DNA of 57,771 bases, filler included, from Dirinaria sp. TL-2023a (Eukaryota): NCBI GenBank assembly GCA_051941275.1. It is 7 parts of 7 records of this genome, joined end to end, with 100 filler letters (N's around TTAATTAATTAA, not from the genome) between each part and the next. Parts side by side here need not be neighbours in the genome. Positions count along the whole stretch, not along the records: positions 33,086 to 41,251 come from JAVEBF010001225.1; positions 41,352 to 49,512 come from JAVEBF010001226.1; positions 49,613 to 57,771 come from JAVEBF010001227.1; 4 more parts are not named here. The stretch is one strand, 5' to 3'. Each line of letters starts with the position of its first letter. Positions within the stretch are counted from its first letter, which is position 1. This document shows, one piece after another, positions 37,125-50,152 of this stretch. A program made the translations under genes and the position numbers. The notes under the pieces were generated by a model. That model searched no databases. It had not been told where the DNA came from and was given only the letters and a program-made list of their open reading frames with translations.

Positions 37125-38567
37125 CTACTCCATGGAGTGTCGAAGAAGTTCCAAACTCTTTATGACCTTCTTTGCAGCTCTAAAATTCTCGCTTGATGTC
37201 AACCCAAAGACCGCCAAATGGAAGAGAACCCTACCAAGTCGGAAAGCATCCTCGTAGGCCATGCGGCAGAATTCTTGTCCAGCCTGCTCTTCGAAGAGTT
37301 GCTTCAACTCTATCTTCTCAGGCGAGCAAGGAACATCGTTCGCGCCGGGAAGCTCGTACGGCCAAGGATCGAACCCTTCTTCATCTAATTCTTCATCGGG
37401 TTCATCATTCCACAGCCATACAGGGGCTTGACAGTTGACAAATTTTGGAGCGAAGACAGCCTCGTCCCAGTCAAGAATCGCTGTGACCTTCAGAGAAGCG
37501 TCAGATCCAATATCTACCATGATGTTACGCGGATGTACATCGACGTGGCAGAGGCAGTTTTTCAAGCTCTGTGGCAAGAGGCCCATTTGCTCCATTTCCT
37601 GTACGACGCCAAGCAGGCCGTCCCAAAGTTGTATCTGCTCGGTGATCTCGCCCTGGTGCCAATCGAGGTCTACGGCTCGCCAGCGACCGAATTGGTTTGT
37701 GAGGAGCTCGAGCGTTGTCCGGGACTCGCGGTTGGTACTTGATTCTTCGTCCAGAGTCTCTCCTAGGGCATTCTTCAATTCGAAGGGTACAATAGCTGAC
37801 GAGCTACTATCGTCAGTTGCTGCTTCGAGAGTGCCTGAGTACTCTGTTTCCAATGCTAAAAGGTTTCGAAACACTTTCCCTATCTCGATTGCAACAGTGC
37901 GCCGCTGCGCATGGGGCAATGTAGGCCACAATTTCTCAAGATCTTCACCTGGAATCCGATGCTGAAGTACATACGGGCTCTCAAGCGGGTTATTGCAACT
38001 GAAGTCGTGTCCAGCGATCGCAGCTACTGGTATTGACGAATGGTCCCGCACATACTTGAGAATCGCCACATCACGATCCGGATGAGCGAAATCTCTCTCG
38101 CGCGGCGCTCGAAGGATTAGTTTATGCTCAGTTGTAGTGTAATGTGCAGGGAGCGAAATGGCAGTAATGCGATTGTTGTCACCACCTCCCAATCGCTCAA
38201 CCAGGGGTTTCCAAAGTGTTGGCGTCGACGTTAATGCACGGAAAACTTTGCTTGTGCGAAGCTGCGTTACGACCTTGTTGCGCAACAAACGGGACATGAT
38301 CGTCTCTCGTTGGGGCCACAGTACTTGACACAGCTGCTCCACGCGATTACAATAGACAGCCCATGGTTCTTGATCGTATCTGATTGTAGATGTGTCGGAA
38401 TGTTCAGAAGATGCGGAGATTGTTGAGTGTAATGAGGTTTGCGAACCCCGTCGTGAAGATTCATTGTGTTCTGTTCTGCAAGACGCAGCATCGGTGGATA
38501 CCTCCGCTGTCATGGTGGAGATGTTTTCGGATGGTCTCTCTGGCTTTTCGGAATGTTTTGATGTCAT
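37125..38567 (-). CDS. Aminoglycoside phosphotransferase (APH)/choline kinase-like family protein
   Basis: Intronless, 480 aa; LGGGDNNRI, LILRAPR, PYVLQHRIPG, Brenner-like HVDVHPRNIMV, AILDWDEA. Confidence 0.85.
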   Translation of the reverse strand: MTSKHSEKPERPSENISTMTAEVSTDAASCRTEHNESSRRGSQTSLHSTISASSEHSDTSTIRYDQEPWAVYCNRVEQLCQVLWPQRETIMSRLLRNKVVTQLRTSKVFRALTSTPTLWKPLVERLGGGDNNRITAISLPAHYTTTEHKLILRAPRERDFAHPDRDVAILKYVRDHSSIPVAAIAGHDFSCNNPLESPYVLQHRIPGEDLEKLWPTLPHAQRRTVAIEIGKVFRNLLALETEYSGTLEAATDDSSSSAIVPFELKNALGETLDEESSTNRESRTTLELLTNQFGRWRAVDLDWHQGEITEQIQLWDGLLGVVQEMEQMGLLPQSLKNCLCHVDVHPRNIMVDIGSDASLKVTAILDWDEAVFAPKFVNCQAPVWLWNDEPDEELDEEGFDPWPYELPGANDVPCSPEKIELKQLFEEQAGQEFCRMAYEDAFRLGRVLFHLAVFGLTSSENFRAAKKVIKSLELLRHSME

Positions 38568-41251
38568 GAGGTTGTAGACTCGACTATATGATACTATCTA
38601 TTTTAAGAGCGGGCAGATGTTGGTCTTAAATATATAGGAAGGGGATTGTTGCGGCTATCCGCAGCACAAGTCACAAAGGTCTCTTTGTTTCCTCTCCTTT
38701 GTTTGTGCCACTTTGCAGGTGACAAGACTTTTCCTTCGACCATTGTATTGACACACTCCGACAATATCATTATCTCGGAGTCGCACATACTGATGATATG
38801 ATTGTTTCCGAGCCACGCTTACTAAACTTCTTGTTTTTCGTTTTAAATCGTGAGGAAAGACGATGAGGTATGCGTACATCTGGCTCTTTGAACATCTCGC
38901 GAACAATGACATCTCTGTGACGAAGAAATTAATAATATATAACATGAGGGCTCATCTGCCAAAGAGTTATCAATCATCAACCATCGACTTGTCCAAATCT
39001 TAGCCGAGCGAGGAATTGCAGAAGTCAAACAACCTTTACCAATATCTTTCAACGAAATACAGGAACCATGACAAAAACACATCATTGCCCAGGTAAGAAG
39101 GTTAAGCTCCCAGGCAATTGCCGTTCCAAAGGAGGCGTGTGCGTTACTCACCAGACTGTCTGCAAAAATCTTAAGGACGGGAAAGTATGTGGGAGCAAGC
39201 ATCTCAAAACCGAGAGATGCCCGAATTGCAATCGCTAATATGCTGTTCGTCCAACAGGGCCGAGATACTTGCTAGACAAGTTTGATGTTTCTGAAGGATT
39301 TCAAAAGTAGAGTGGGGAGTTACTTGGCGAGATGCATGCACTTTATCTAATAAATAATGCTACACTGATTTGTTAGTTACAGCTATCAGATCTCCGATAA
39401 TATTTGACAGGCTCTGGTCGATTTCATTCTTGGGTCCTTTGTGCAAGAACCGCATGCTCAAAGTCTCTGGTACTACGTGGGAAGGCAAGATGATTTAGGA
39501 TCCACGATGTGGTTCACGACCCTTTCTCTTTTATGACTGAGCACGCACACGTTGACACAGTAGAACAGTTGTGTCATTGTAGTATTTTTCTGTACTTGCA
39601 GGGTTACTCGAGTAAGGATTGTTCTGATCTTCTTTATTCAATTAATCATTACTCAATCCGTTTCGCAGTTTCTCTTTCTCGCTTTCGCTGAGGTTATTTT
39701 GGGCAATGTCCATAGATGCGGCTTCATACCCCTCGCAGAGGATTATTTATCCAGCCGAAGACTCAATGTCACATTTCAGAAGTATTGGTTCTGCATCCCA
39801 AGGAAGAATATGCCTTCTATGTCAAGTTGTTGAAATACTGCGCCTAGCAATTCGATTAGGACTCTTAGTAATCCGCATGTACTCTCCAATACTAACGACA
39901 TGGTGTCGTGGAACCAAGTTGAGGTACTGTATCAAGGGTCAGAGAAAGCACATCTGTTAGAAAGAGCCCGGAGATTTTAAGGCCAGATTGCAGGTTATTT
40001 ACCTTAAGGCTCGAGGCACCGCAGGAAGCTGCATGAAAGTCAACGGATACTCATCGGTAGGGAACTTCTCAAGCGTAAATCGAGAACCGCACTTCTCTCT
40101 CGGGGAAAACTTGATAAACCGTCAGAGCTGACGAGTCATAGTAGTCATTGATCGCTTGTGAATCCCACTGTCGAGCCGCAGCTATCAAGCAGGATGTTGA
40201 TAGAAGGAACAATGGTGAACTGCGAATCTGTTGCAGAATGATCGTGTCAGAACAATGATGCCATGTATCAACTGAACAGAACCGAGTCATTGATGTGGAG
40301 GGAGACAGCGAGGTAAGTGTGTGACGGGCTATGCTCGTGCTAATCGCGCCTTCGAAGGCAATGCAAGATCTTGTCTCCACGGTTCATTAGGTGGTCAGAT
40401 TTGAATAAATGTTCTCTAAGCCTGCGAACCATTCATTTTTTGTCATCTTGCAACCTTTCGCACTCGGATCTGCACAACTGTCAAGTTCGCTGCTTGCCCG
40501 AGGATTTTCAAAACATTACAATTCCACGGATCGTGGATACGTCTGACGAAGAAACCCCACTCCCAATCCATGTGAATCGAGGTGGCTGAAGTTTTAATCT
40601 GATACGGCACGAAAAGATAAACGATCGTTGCACTTTGTAAGTTCCACTATCATCATTTCAGTATCAGCATTTGTAGAAGCTATTTTCCTGCAAAAAGCAA
40701 GATGAATAATGTCTTCCGAATACCCATCTCTATGTGCTTAATCGATGGAAGAGTATAACAGCCGTCTACCATTCGAGATCTGAGAGGGAGATTTGAGACA
40801 ATTGTATGAATCAGATTCATCCACTCTCGAGATTACAGAGTCGAACTTCGATTAGAATGAGGAAGCCACATTGATAGTACATATTTAGACTCGAAATCAC
40901 GACTCGTCCTCTCCGAATGGGATTGCTGATTGCGATCCACTGAAGGATTAGTTATTCTAACTAATCTCTTTGAAAATTCACGAGAGACTATTAATCAATT
41001 GGGAACATATTGGAGATTGAATATGCCATTTTGATCAGGGTGTCAAGTATAAGAATCTTGTTCCTAAGACGCTAGGTGAGTCCAAGTGTGGTAACACACA
41101 ATCCTTATCCCGCGAGCCAAGGAACTTACGATGACGTCATGGACCCTGGATCAGCGAGCTACCTTGGGTAGGCTCGCGTATATGCTCGGTTGAACATTTA
41201 CTGGTGCTCTTCCTGACAGAGGAGACGTCGGTTAGGGGACCGAGGCGATTG

Positions 41252-41351
41252 NNNNNNNNNNNNNNNNNNNNNNNNNNNNNNNNNNNNNNNNNNNNTTAAT
41301 TAATTAANNNNNNNNNNNNNNNNNNNNNNNNNNNNNNNNNNNNNNNNNNNN
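41252..41351. other. Artificial contig linker
   Basis: N44-TTAATTAATTAA-N44. Confidence 0.99.
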
Positions 41352-41944
41352 AGGAGGAGGGGTATGAGGGGTAGGAGGGAGGAGCGCATGGTTGGGCCTT
41401 GAGAGGGGATTATCGGTGTTGTTCGGTAGGGGTGTTTAGGGAGTAGATATGGTTGTTACTTGAGCGGTTGTGGATTGAACAGTGCAGTTGTGGAGGGCGG
41501 GTTGTGTTTTTATACTTGAATGAAAGGGTTTGACGAAGGGATCTAGGTCTTTCCTTGCTTTTGGATCGCATTGCAGTCTCAATGCCGTTGAGTACTGTAA
41601 TGGTCTAGTGATGCAGACGCTAGAGCGGAGAGTTTGAGGTAGAAAGGTGGCTTTAGGACGAGAAATTTGCAGCTGTATTTCTCCGCACAGGTACTGTACT
41701 ATTGAAGGCATGGATCAGAATCCTATTCGTAGCTAACTCCCAAAACCCCAGATTTCCCTCCGTGGCAGCACGAGAAACTCCTGTTCCAATCTCCGCTCGA
41801 TCGAGACTCGTTCGCAAAAGCTTCTTCGCGGCATTGTACCCCATGTAATGGCAGGAGATAGTGCACCCAGCTTTGGCAGCTGGCAGCAGGTAGATCTTGA
41901 GATAGGTGCACAATGCCACCGGCCTAGGGTAATCCCCATCCCCA

Positions 41945-42215
41945 TCACGGACAACCTGCGGGAGGGCAAGGCTTGCAGTAGCATACTCCATTTTTACATG
42001 TTCCTTGGGTGCTGGCACAGTCTGAACCGCAAGTCGGCGAGCATGCGCGGGGCACCAGTTGGCCTTCTGGACCTTGTTTGAGTTCGTTTCGTCAGTCCTC
42101 ACCTTTCTCCAGACCCCGCAAAACGTAGACCGAGTCTCTTACCTGGAAGGGCCGTTGCAGAGACCGAGGCCAGAAGTGCCATTAGGGCGAAGGTAGTTGC
42201 GAAAACCGAGCGCAT
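41945..42215 (-). CDS. Small secreted cysteine-rich defensin-like peptide precursor (66 aa, 2 exons)
   Basis: Exon 1 42215-42143, intron 42142-42073 (GTAAGA...ACTGAC...AAG), exon 2 42072-41945: MRSVFATTFALMALLASVSATALPGPEGQLVPR-ACSPTCGSDCASTQGTCKNGVCYCKPCPPAGCP*. Signal peptide, short propeptide, 8 Cys. Confidence 0.8.
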
Positions 42216-42318
42216 GGTGTTGATTTGGTGATTTGACTGGCTTTGTATTGGTGCCGCAGGATGTATTGTGTACTGTGTTCGAGAGCGAGCTGGTAACATG
42301 GGTGAGAAAGTCAAAGGT

Positions 42319-42327
42319 CTTTTATAT
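42319..42327 (-). promoter_or_regulatory. TATA box of the defensin-like gene
   Basis: Minus-strand ATATAAAAG about 105 bp upstream of the ATG at 42215. Confidence 0.55.
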
Positions 42328-42889
42328 GCCTTCGTTGCAGAGTATAGCCAAGCTGCCAGCCTTGGCTCGCTTGTTTGCCGCTATGATTGGCGCTTCTGCC
42401 CGTGCGTGTTTCCCAAAAGGAACTTGACATGCATTTTTATGGATTGTGGCATTATTTGAGTTTCGCCTGGAATAGTTTGGTATCCGGGTCCTCGCAGCCC
42501 ATTTTATCAGTATTGGTTGAGGAAAGTGGGATGTGCAGATCATTCTCGTATGGCTGAGCTTGACGGCGTAGATAATTACTGAATTCCTCTTGTCAGCCAG
42601 CAAGAGCGCTGCTGCCTCAGAAGCAGGCGACATGTGCTGGCTCCTCCGCATCTCTAGAAGAGCAAGAGAAGCTTTCGAACTTCTCCTTATTCGTCATCTT
42701 CGTCGGAGCCAAGCGACAACATATACTTCCCACAGCATATGCTTAAGCGTGTTGAACTCTTAGAAATAACTCATATGTTTCGATAATAATCCGATAAGAT
42801 GGGGTCAAGGTTAGCGGCAAACGCCGGTCCGGATCCAAACAAGAGATCTCCACGGCTAGGCTTCTTCAACGATCCTATTGACTCGGTAT

Positions 42890-44728
42890 TTAGCTCACTT
42901 GATCTTTGAACTTACGACTGTAGTAACGCGCTGTGCTGCTGTCGAAGGTGAACCAGTCAAAAACCCCCAACCCCACGAGAAGAGACAGAAGCAGGCAAGC
43001 CCACATAATTTCCTGGACCAAAGGCGTCGAGGCTATTCCAAGCCAACGACTCCGTAAAGGGAAGAGGCTCGTCGATTTGATCCGCACAGCAAGACACACG
43101 GAGGCGAAAACAACGACTATAACGCTGCATGCGCAGAACAGGATGATATACTGTTCGAGTACGAGTCCAACCGCGGCAGGAACTTCTAGGTCATCAGTAT
43201 CTATGAAATTGATGTTGTTGATTGGCGCGGCGGGAAAGTTATAGAGACAGCTGGCGATGAAGAATAAAGCGAACCCGAATAGCAGGGTCACCAATTTGTA
43301 GAACCAAGTAGTTTCGGATACGTCAAGAATTGCGACGTTCTCCCCCTCTTGAACACCACTACTGGAGTGAATTTCAACGTCTAACACTCTCGAGTTCGAA
43401 ATTGGAAGATTCGCATCTTGCCTTCGGTATCTGGTTTCTGCGATTGTTCTAAGTTTCATGAATTTCAACCTTTCTGTGGGTATGACATACCATATAAGGT
43501 GCTTATCATAGCCCATAAAGGAAGGGCCGTCAGTAAAACCGGCAGTATCTGGCCGAAGCCCCATGAGTCTTCACCGGCGATGCCCAACAGGCTTGCTTCG
43601 TAACGCAACCCAACAAGCCTAAGGCTACCCCAAGCAAGAGCCGCCGTGAGCCAGATAATCTGATAGTGGATGTGTCAGCATATGGGCCCAAAGGGCCGTC
43701 AATCTAAAGAGCCTCCGCATACCTCCCACAGAATTGAGCCCCCAATGTCGTATAATGCTTTGGCAATGATATAGACTAATGCTCTGACCAATCTCGCCAA
43801 ATTGTGGAACGCGGTCCTTGTTTTTCCTTGTTCTTCTTCCGCTTTTCTACTTGTAGAACTATATCCGCCTCTCATAATTTTCCGGGGTACAGCATTGAAC
43901 CATCTTCTCGCAAGCCCAGTGGTGGGACCAAATATCCTGACTACGCGAGTCAAGTAGCTAACTACCAAGAACACAATCGATATCACAACAAGCGGCTTAT
44001 TGAAGAGAGGCTGGCGGCCGATACTCGCACCCTGCGGCGACTTTCCGATCTCACTCATGTTTTCAGACGAAAATAAACACTGCGCCGGCCAAGCCAATTG
44101 GTTGCCTGTAACTTGGAATTGAGAAATGTAGCCCGTTGTCCCGTATGATACAGCCAACATGACCAGCACAATGCCCATGAAAACTGCGCGACAGGCTGCC
44201 ATGGACGGCCGCGCTTGGAAATAGTCACGAAGAGACGTCAGCGTAGCCAGATGAGTCAACGACGAGAACCACGCCAAACTGACTACCATAACCCAATGGT
44301 ACGAATTGAGCCCCTTGGGAAGCTGCGTATACCCACACAGTAGGATAGCCATGCCAGTGATCACTTGCATGTCGCTGAACATTAGAACTGACGCTTGCAG
44401 GGCCTCAGTCCATGTCTCAGAGTTCCTGCTGCTCATTTGCCTCCAGGCTTTCGGTCTGATCATGCTGATGAATCTTCGATCGACAGGGTTTTCGTAACCC
44501 TGTGTGTTGGTCAAGTAGTGCGAAACGACCAAGATTAAAGTAAGATAGGCTGGGAGCATGAACCCAATAATCACCTAGCAGCGATTCTTAGATCAAAAAC
44601 GGTCCATTATAAATATTGTTACTTACGCCAGTGCCGGCGATATCAGGGTCGCCGTGTACTTTCGGCCAAGGTCCCGAACAGCTATGCGCGCTGGAACCGG
44701 TGGTAGAGACATTGGTGGTATTGGGCAT
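42890..44728 (-). CDS. Multi-pass fungal membrane protein of unknown function, 4 exons
   Basis: GDPDIAGTG/VIIGF; FSDMQVITGMAILLCGY; YHWVMVVSLAWFSSLTHLATL; EDSWGFGQILPVLL; many hydrophobic segments. Splicing joins the 43699-44574 and 42890-43564 ORFs. Confidence 0.8.
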
Positions 44729-46481
44729 TTCTTGGGCATTTCTTACTCAGGCTTGAGCCTTGACTGTATCGCTAGGTCTCGTAGAAGTTGGGCTGATAGT
44801 CAGAGGGTCAAGCATCAATGAAAGCTCTCATACTGGTTCAGAGTCACAGTTCACAGTTGTCATCAGGATGAAATTGATCCGGTTTGGCGTTCGTGGCTGA
44901 CTTTGAAACGTGGTTTCTCGGAAGGATTTTAATCTCGCTTAAGGCACAGCTGGAAAGCTGGAACTGTGCCTTCTTCTGTCAAGAAAGCTTTTAAGAGGAA
45001 GTGTCTGGATGACGCTGCATTCTTAAGTATCCATCGCCTTGCCAGCGTTCTTCGATTGCGTCAAAGCATCGCTCCTCCGATGACTCATCCGCTGACGCAC
45101 TCGAATTATAGGCCGTAGAAGGATTAACCAACACCAGAGAAAGGCTTTTGAGACTTAATATTGCTCTATAGTGCCTGTAGCACCGATGCTGGAGCACGTC
45201 TGCACTCCTAATTCGTCAAGGTCATTGTCGCAATTACCTTTGGAACTCATGGAGCCCAAAAATGGATGTAGTCCTGATTGTGAAAGTGATAGTATTATCA
45301 TCACTAGACGTTGAGAGCATCGTGTAGAAATACGATCGATATTCATCGCATGGAAAGATTAGCGCCATGAGCCAGCACGCATACTGAGAGAGGAGAGTGG
45401 TGAGATTGAAGTTCCTAGGAAGCTCAGTCTATTTTGAAGCGAAGCGACAACAGGGTGAGATGATTAAAGGAAGCGACCTCCACCGGTTCAGGGTTGTTGT
45501 AGGGTTAGTCTTAATCACTCAGGGCTTTTTCAGGGCTTTCTCTAAGCCACCCCACAATAGCCCTCTCCAATTCTCTTTACATTACCATGACCTTCAGTGT
45601 TGACAACTGTGTACCTAGTAATTCACAAGATGCTTGCACATTCAATCCGATAGGGGTTGTCCATCGTATGAAATCTTTGAAATCTACCTCGAAGCTCAAG
45701 CTTTAGCGAACAGCTGACTACACCATGACGTGATTACGAGTAGTCGAGTATGGTCACCAACAGAGTCAAAAGTCGACCTTCCTCGTAGAGTTACCATGAA
45801 GCTATTGTCTCTCGTCCCAAAACAGCCAGCATTACCTAACAAACAGTACTTCTGTCATGCTTCTCGGCTCATCGCTCCAATTGATCAATGCTAGTAGCTC
45901 TATAATAGCCCTTACCCCACATGGCTATCAGAAGAGAATTTCAGACTGATTGGGCTTCATAGAATTATGAAATATCGTGACAAAAGAGAAGCAACACGCG
46001 AAAAGCCTTTTGAGAGACGTGTGACATAGATGATCTGCGACAGAATTCGAACGTGCATAGGAGTTATGATAGGCACAAAGCCAACTTGGGAGCAACCATC
46101 AATCGACATCATGTCAAAGACAAGCAACGTGCTCCCTTTTGTCCCGCGCACATTTCCTCCCAACCTGTTTACCTGGAGCGAGACTAAATCAAAATGTTAG
46201 TGAAGTAATATCAGTTGATTGGTGCGGCAATAGGAAACGCGGCTGGCGAACGGGAACGTGGCGAGCAGCACTTATCGGGGACTTTATCAACCACTCATAG
46301 ATGATAAGATTGGCTGCCGAATACGACTAATTCCCAGCCTTGGCTAAGATTTGCAGCCCACTGACACAGCGAAATCGTCATCACGCCGTTGGTTCCCGTT
46401 GGCGTTTCATACAAGAGCAACGGCTTCTCCCAAACATGCAGAATTGTAACCTAGTCAATTCGTTGATGTTCTCGTACTTTC

Positions 46482-48106
46482 ATGGACGATCCGGGGCCTG
46501 GCAGAAGCTTAGGTCCAGCTTTCCTCGCAATTGATATTGCCGTTTTCGCGGTGTCCACCATAACGGTACTTCTGAGATTGGGGACACGTACATGGATCAC
46601 GCGGAATTTAGGCTCGGATGATGTGACTATCGCCCTCGCACAAGTGTGTTGCACTCCTATCCATGATGGGTTGGTAAATTAATAGTAGTGAAGGCTATCA
46701 CCGCCGTAGGCAAAGGCTTTGTAGTTACGGAGGTCAGCTACGGCCTTGGACAACACAGGGCTAGGCTGTCCCAATCGGACTATAGTCGATTCTTAAAATA
46801 TGACTATTTGGATTGGGCGCAATTCTTCGTCGTGTTGGCAGTTACCAAGATATCGATTTGTCTATTCCTATTGCGTCTATCCCAATTTAACAGGCTTAGA
46901 GCTGTACTGTATGGATTGATTGGATTCTTGGTCACTACACACATACCACTTCTACTCCTATACATACTGCAATGCAATCCAATCAGTAAAGTATGGAATC
47001 GTGGACAATCTGGAGCGTGCATGTCAATGGACATGGTCGAGAATATTGTCATTGCGCAAGGGGGTAAGCCAGCTTTATAGTCTTATCATGCGCGGAGCTT
47101 TGTGTTTTGCAACTCGCTGCCTACATTTACTGATCAAAGGCTCCAGTATTCTCCTTCCTAACGGACTTTATTTGTGCAGCCTTCCCAGCCCTTCTGTTGT
47201 GGAACGTCAAGATCAAGTTTCGAACCAAGATTGGCGTATGCTTTTTGACGAGTGCTGGCATTATGTTCGTATCTCCTTAATTGCTATTTTCGCTAGATAC
47301 CATATTGACAAAGATCTTTAGTACTGGCGGGATCGCGATTGCCAGAACAGCTTTCTCATGGCAAATAAAGTCGAATGATATATCTTGTAAGCTCTTTGGT
47401 TCTTCGTTCGCTTGCTCGAATGTTTTTCAGACACTACTACTTTACAGTAGCGCTCTTAATTTATATGTAGCCGCACGAATTACATGTTCTCTCCATCAGC
47501 CTTCCCACATCCGGCAATCAACCAACCCTATGCGTCATTATAGATCTTCGATGCCACTCTCTGTGATAAAGCGGATTTTGCTAACAAATTTTGCTCTAGG
47601 GGTAGGAATTCCAGGTGCTCTGACAAGAGTGTAAGCTTTTTGTTAATTCTAGACTACTATCAACAGATTCCTCGCTCATGCCACATTCTAGTTTCGAAGT
47701 TAATATCGGCGTGATTGCCGCCTGTGCGCCGATCATGCGACCCTTCTTCCGTTACATGAAAGCACGCATTACAGGCCAAGATCCTCATGAAATTCTTCGT
47801 CGCAGGCACTTCGGGACTCCGGCATTACACTCAAGCTGGTTGTCACGTTTCTGGCCCTCACGCTCTACTCAGAAGCAGTCTTTCCTTGGGCAAGGCATGA
47901 ACTGCGACAAGGCACCCAACGAGGCCCAACATGTGAAACAGTCTAACGATCCAAATACTGACATTTCACTGAGTCTACCAATTCAAGGCATTCATGATTC
48001 GGTGGATGAGGAGATATTACCGGCACGCGCTCTACATGTCTTTGAATCCAGGGGCAGCTTGCAGACTCAGTTCGAAGACTTCAAAAATATCAAAGAGCAG
48101 GTATAA
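46482..48106 (+). CDS. PTH11-like integral membrane receptor (fungal rhodopsin-like domain, no CFEM), multi-exon
   Basis: LLRLGTRTWITRNLGSDD; YGLGQH; TKISICLFLLRL; QCNPISKVWN; FSFLTDFICAAFP; EVNIGVIAACAPIMRPFF. Confidence 0.88.
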
Positions 48107-49512
48107 ATCTTGCTCTAGTTTTTAATGTTTCTCAACTTTTCTTCAAAACAGTACATTGAGGCCTAGAAATTACGATCTTTAGTCTGACTGACGCTGGAAT
48201 TTGAATCACAAGGCACGGCGACCGAGCTCCACGTCCCTTCATGACTTGCTTGGTTGATCAATGTCGGACTAATGCTGGGAGACGAGAGCCTAGCTGTTGC
48301 GCTGCGTGCTGCAATTATGCGGTTACGATCTGTGGCAGAATCGGAGTACGCTATTCTCAGAAGCTCGTTGATTTATTGCCATACCAATGAAGGTTGAAAG
48401 TTATCTCAAGATATCAAGTCTTCTATGAAGGATGCTACGCTCTTTCTTTGAACTAAACGCTATAGTACAAGAACCGCCTATCTCGAGTTTCTAGAAATGA
48501 TCGAGACATTTTCATCATCCCAGCCAACTAGAGTTTGCAAACCCTTCCTAACGAAGTACTTAGTGCCAAATACGCGATTGATATAGTTGGTCACAGCTTA
48601 ATTTTACAAACTCAGTCATACATTGCATTATCCAATCCCTTACCTGATAAGAAAATAACCCCTTCATAACCATGTCGAAGATTACGCGAGACTAGCTCCA
48701 GTGCTTCATGATCATCTTCATACCACAACCATCCCTACAGCACCGACTCCTTCAATCCGGAATTTGACTCCCCTCATAGCGAGCGAAGTGCGGAAAACCA
48801 GAATGCTACCCCTTCCAGAATGCAAACATGAACCTTTCGAAATACTCCACGCAATGCTACCACTCTAAACATCAATGACCCTCGAGCTAAAGTGAATATC
48901 ATCAACGAGACACTCCTGAAAACAGATCAGTCAAGCAACCAACGGGTCAAACCTTCACGTACCCACGCTACAAACATAACTCTGACTATATTTTATCTTT
49001 GTCTTCTCTCATGTCTTTGTACGGCCGCTGACTGCTCTGCTTTTTCCTTCCCGCGGAAAGTGCGCCCGAATCTCCAATAATTTTCCAAGAAAGAGTAAGT
49101 TCCAATCATACAACGATAAAGTCGAAAATAGCAAATTAAAAAAAGTCGAATGACTATCAGCAGTTAATCATGGATACTACTACCAGCGACGCCGCTCGTT
49201 CGGATAACATTGCTCATCATGTATCTCGGCGCAACTCACACATTCAAAATGGTCGGCAGGCATATTTTTTTTTGTTTTTTTTTTTTTTTTTTTTTTTTTT
49301 TTTCAACTCATGCGCAACGCGCGAGTATCTACAACCCCTGAGAAACAAAACTCGAGTATCCTCTTCGAAGACAAAGACTAAGATCCAACCCTCTTTACCA
49401 AAAAGATGAACAGTTTCCTGCAGAAGTCTCAGACGATGGGCTCAAGTTTCCTTCAGAAACCTCCGACTCGATCCACTAAACCCCATCCATCCACCAGCCA
49501 ATACACATACAC

Positions 49513-49612
49513 NNNNNNNNNNNNNNNNNNNNNNNNNNNNNNNNNNNNNNNNNNNNTTAATTAATTAANNNNNNNNNNNNNNNNNNNNNNNNNNNNNNNN
49601 NNNNNNNNNNNN
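49513..49612. other. Artificial contig linker
   Basis: N44-TTAATTAATTAA-N44. Confidence 0.99.
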
Positions 49613-50152
49613 GTCTTTAAAGGGGCTGAAAGGTGACTGAATGCTGGGGTCTTGCCTGGCAGATTTGTGAGATTGCCAAGCGGGGCTTGGGAGGTCCTGT
49701 AAGCGGTCAATATTGGAGCCATTACGACTGTGGACGAGAAGTTACGGACCCCATCGTGTCTGAAGGAATCCTTGCAAACAAAATGACTCTCCTGAACGAT
49801 AGAGTTAGAGCTGCTAGAAAAACGTATAATACGACAAAGGTAGGAGAGCCCAGAACGATTGAACGTAAAGCTCCCACTCGAACTCCAAAAACTTGGTGAT
49901 GGACATGAAGAGTTAATCAGAGATTGATGAATGATCTAAGTAGCCTACATGCTGCTGTATTCTGGCAAGTGCAGCCATCCCTAGATCGCACGAGATGGCT
50001 GAATTTTCAAGGAAGTTGCGATTCACAGACCATTACCTTAGCGGTTGGCACAGTAGAACAGTCCCGCAACTGATACTAGAACAACTCAACTTCATACAAG
50101 CGTTGTGAAAACCCCAGTCTGGGCTTCTTCGTCATCCATATATATAGAAATT

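Noticed and set aside
38600..41251. Short ORFs upstream of the APH-like gene, including an HSDLH kinase-like word near 40460
   Set aside because: No consistent frame or further kinase motifs; I cannot support a gene call.
41436..42102. ORF-track ORFs of 62-149 aa around the defensin-like gene
   Set aside because: They are alternative frames with no recognisable motifs; the spliced 66-aa model explains the signals better.
44941..44972. Inverted repeat AAGGCACAG...CTGTGCCTT
   Set aside because: A single 9-bp stem can arise by chance; in a fungal context it is not a terminator and has no other support.
49265..49512. Poly(T) tract and adjacent sequence as a minus-strand retroposon tail
   Set aside because: No coding remnant or target-site duplication is visible before the contig ends; homopolymers are common throughout the window.
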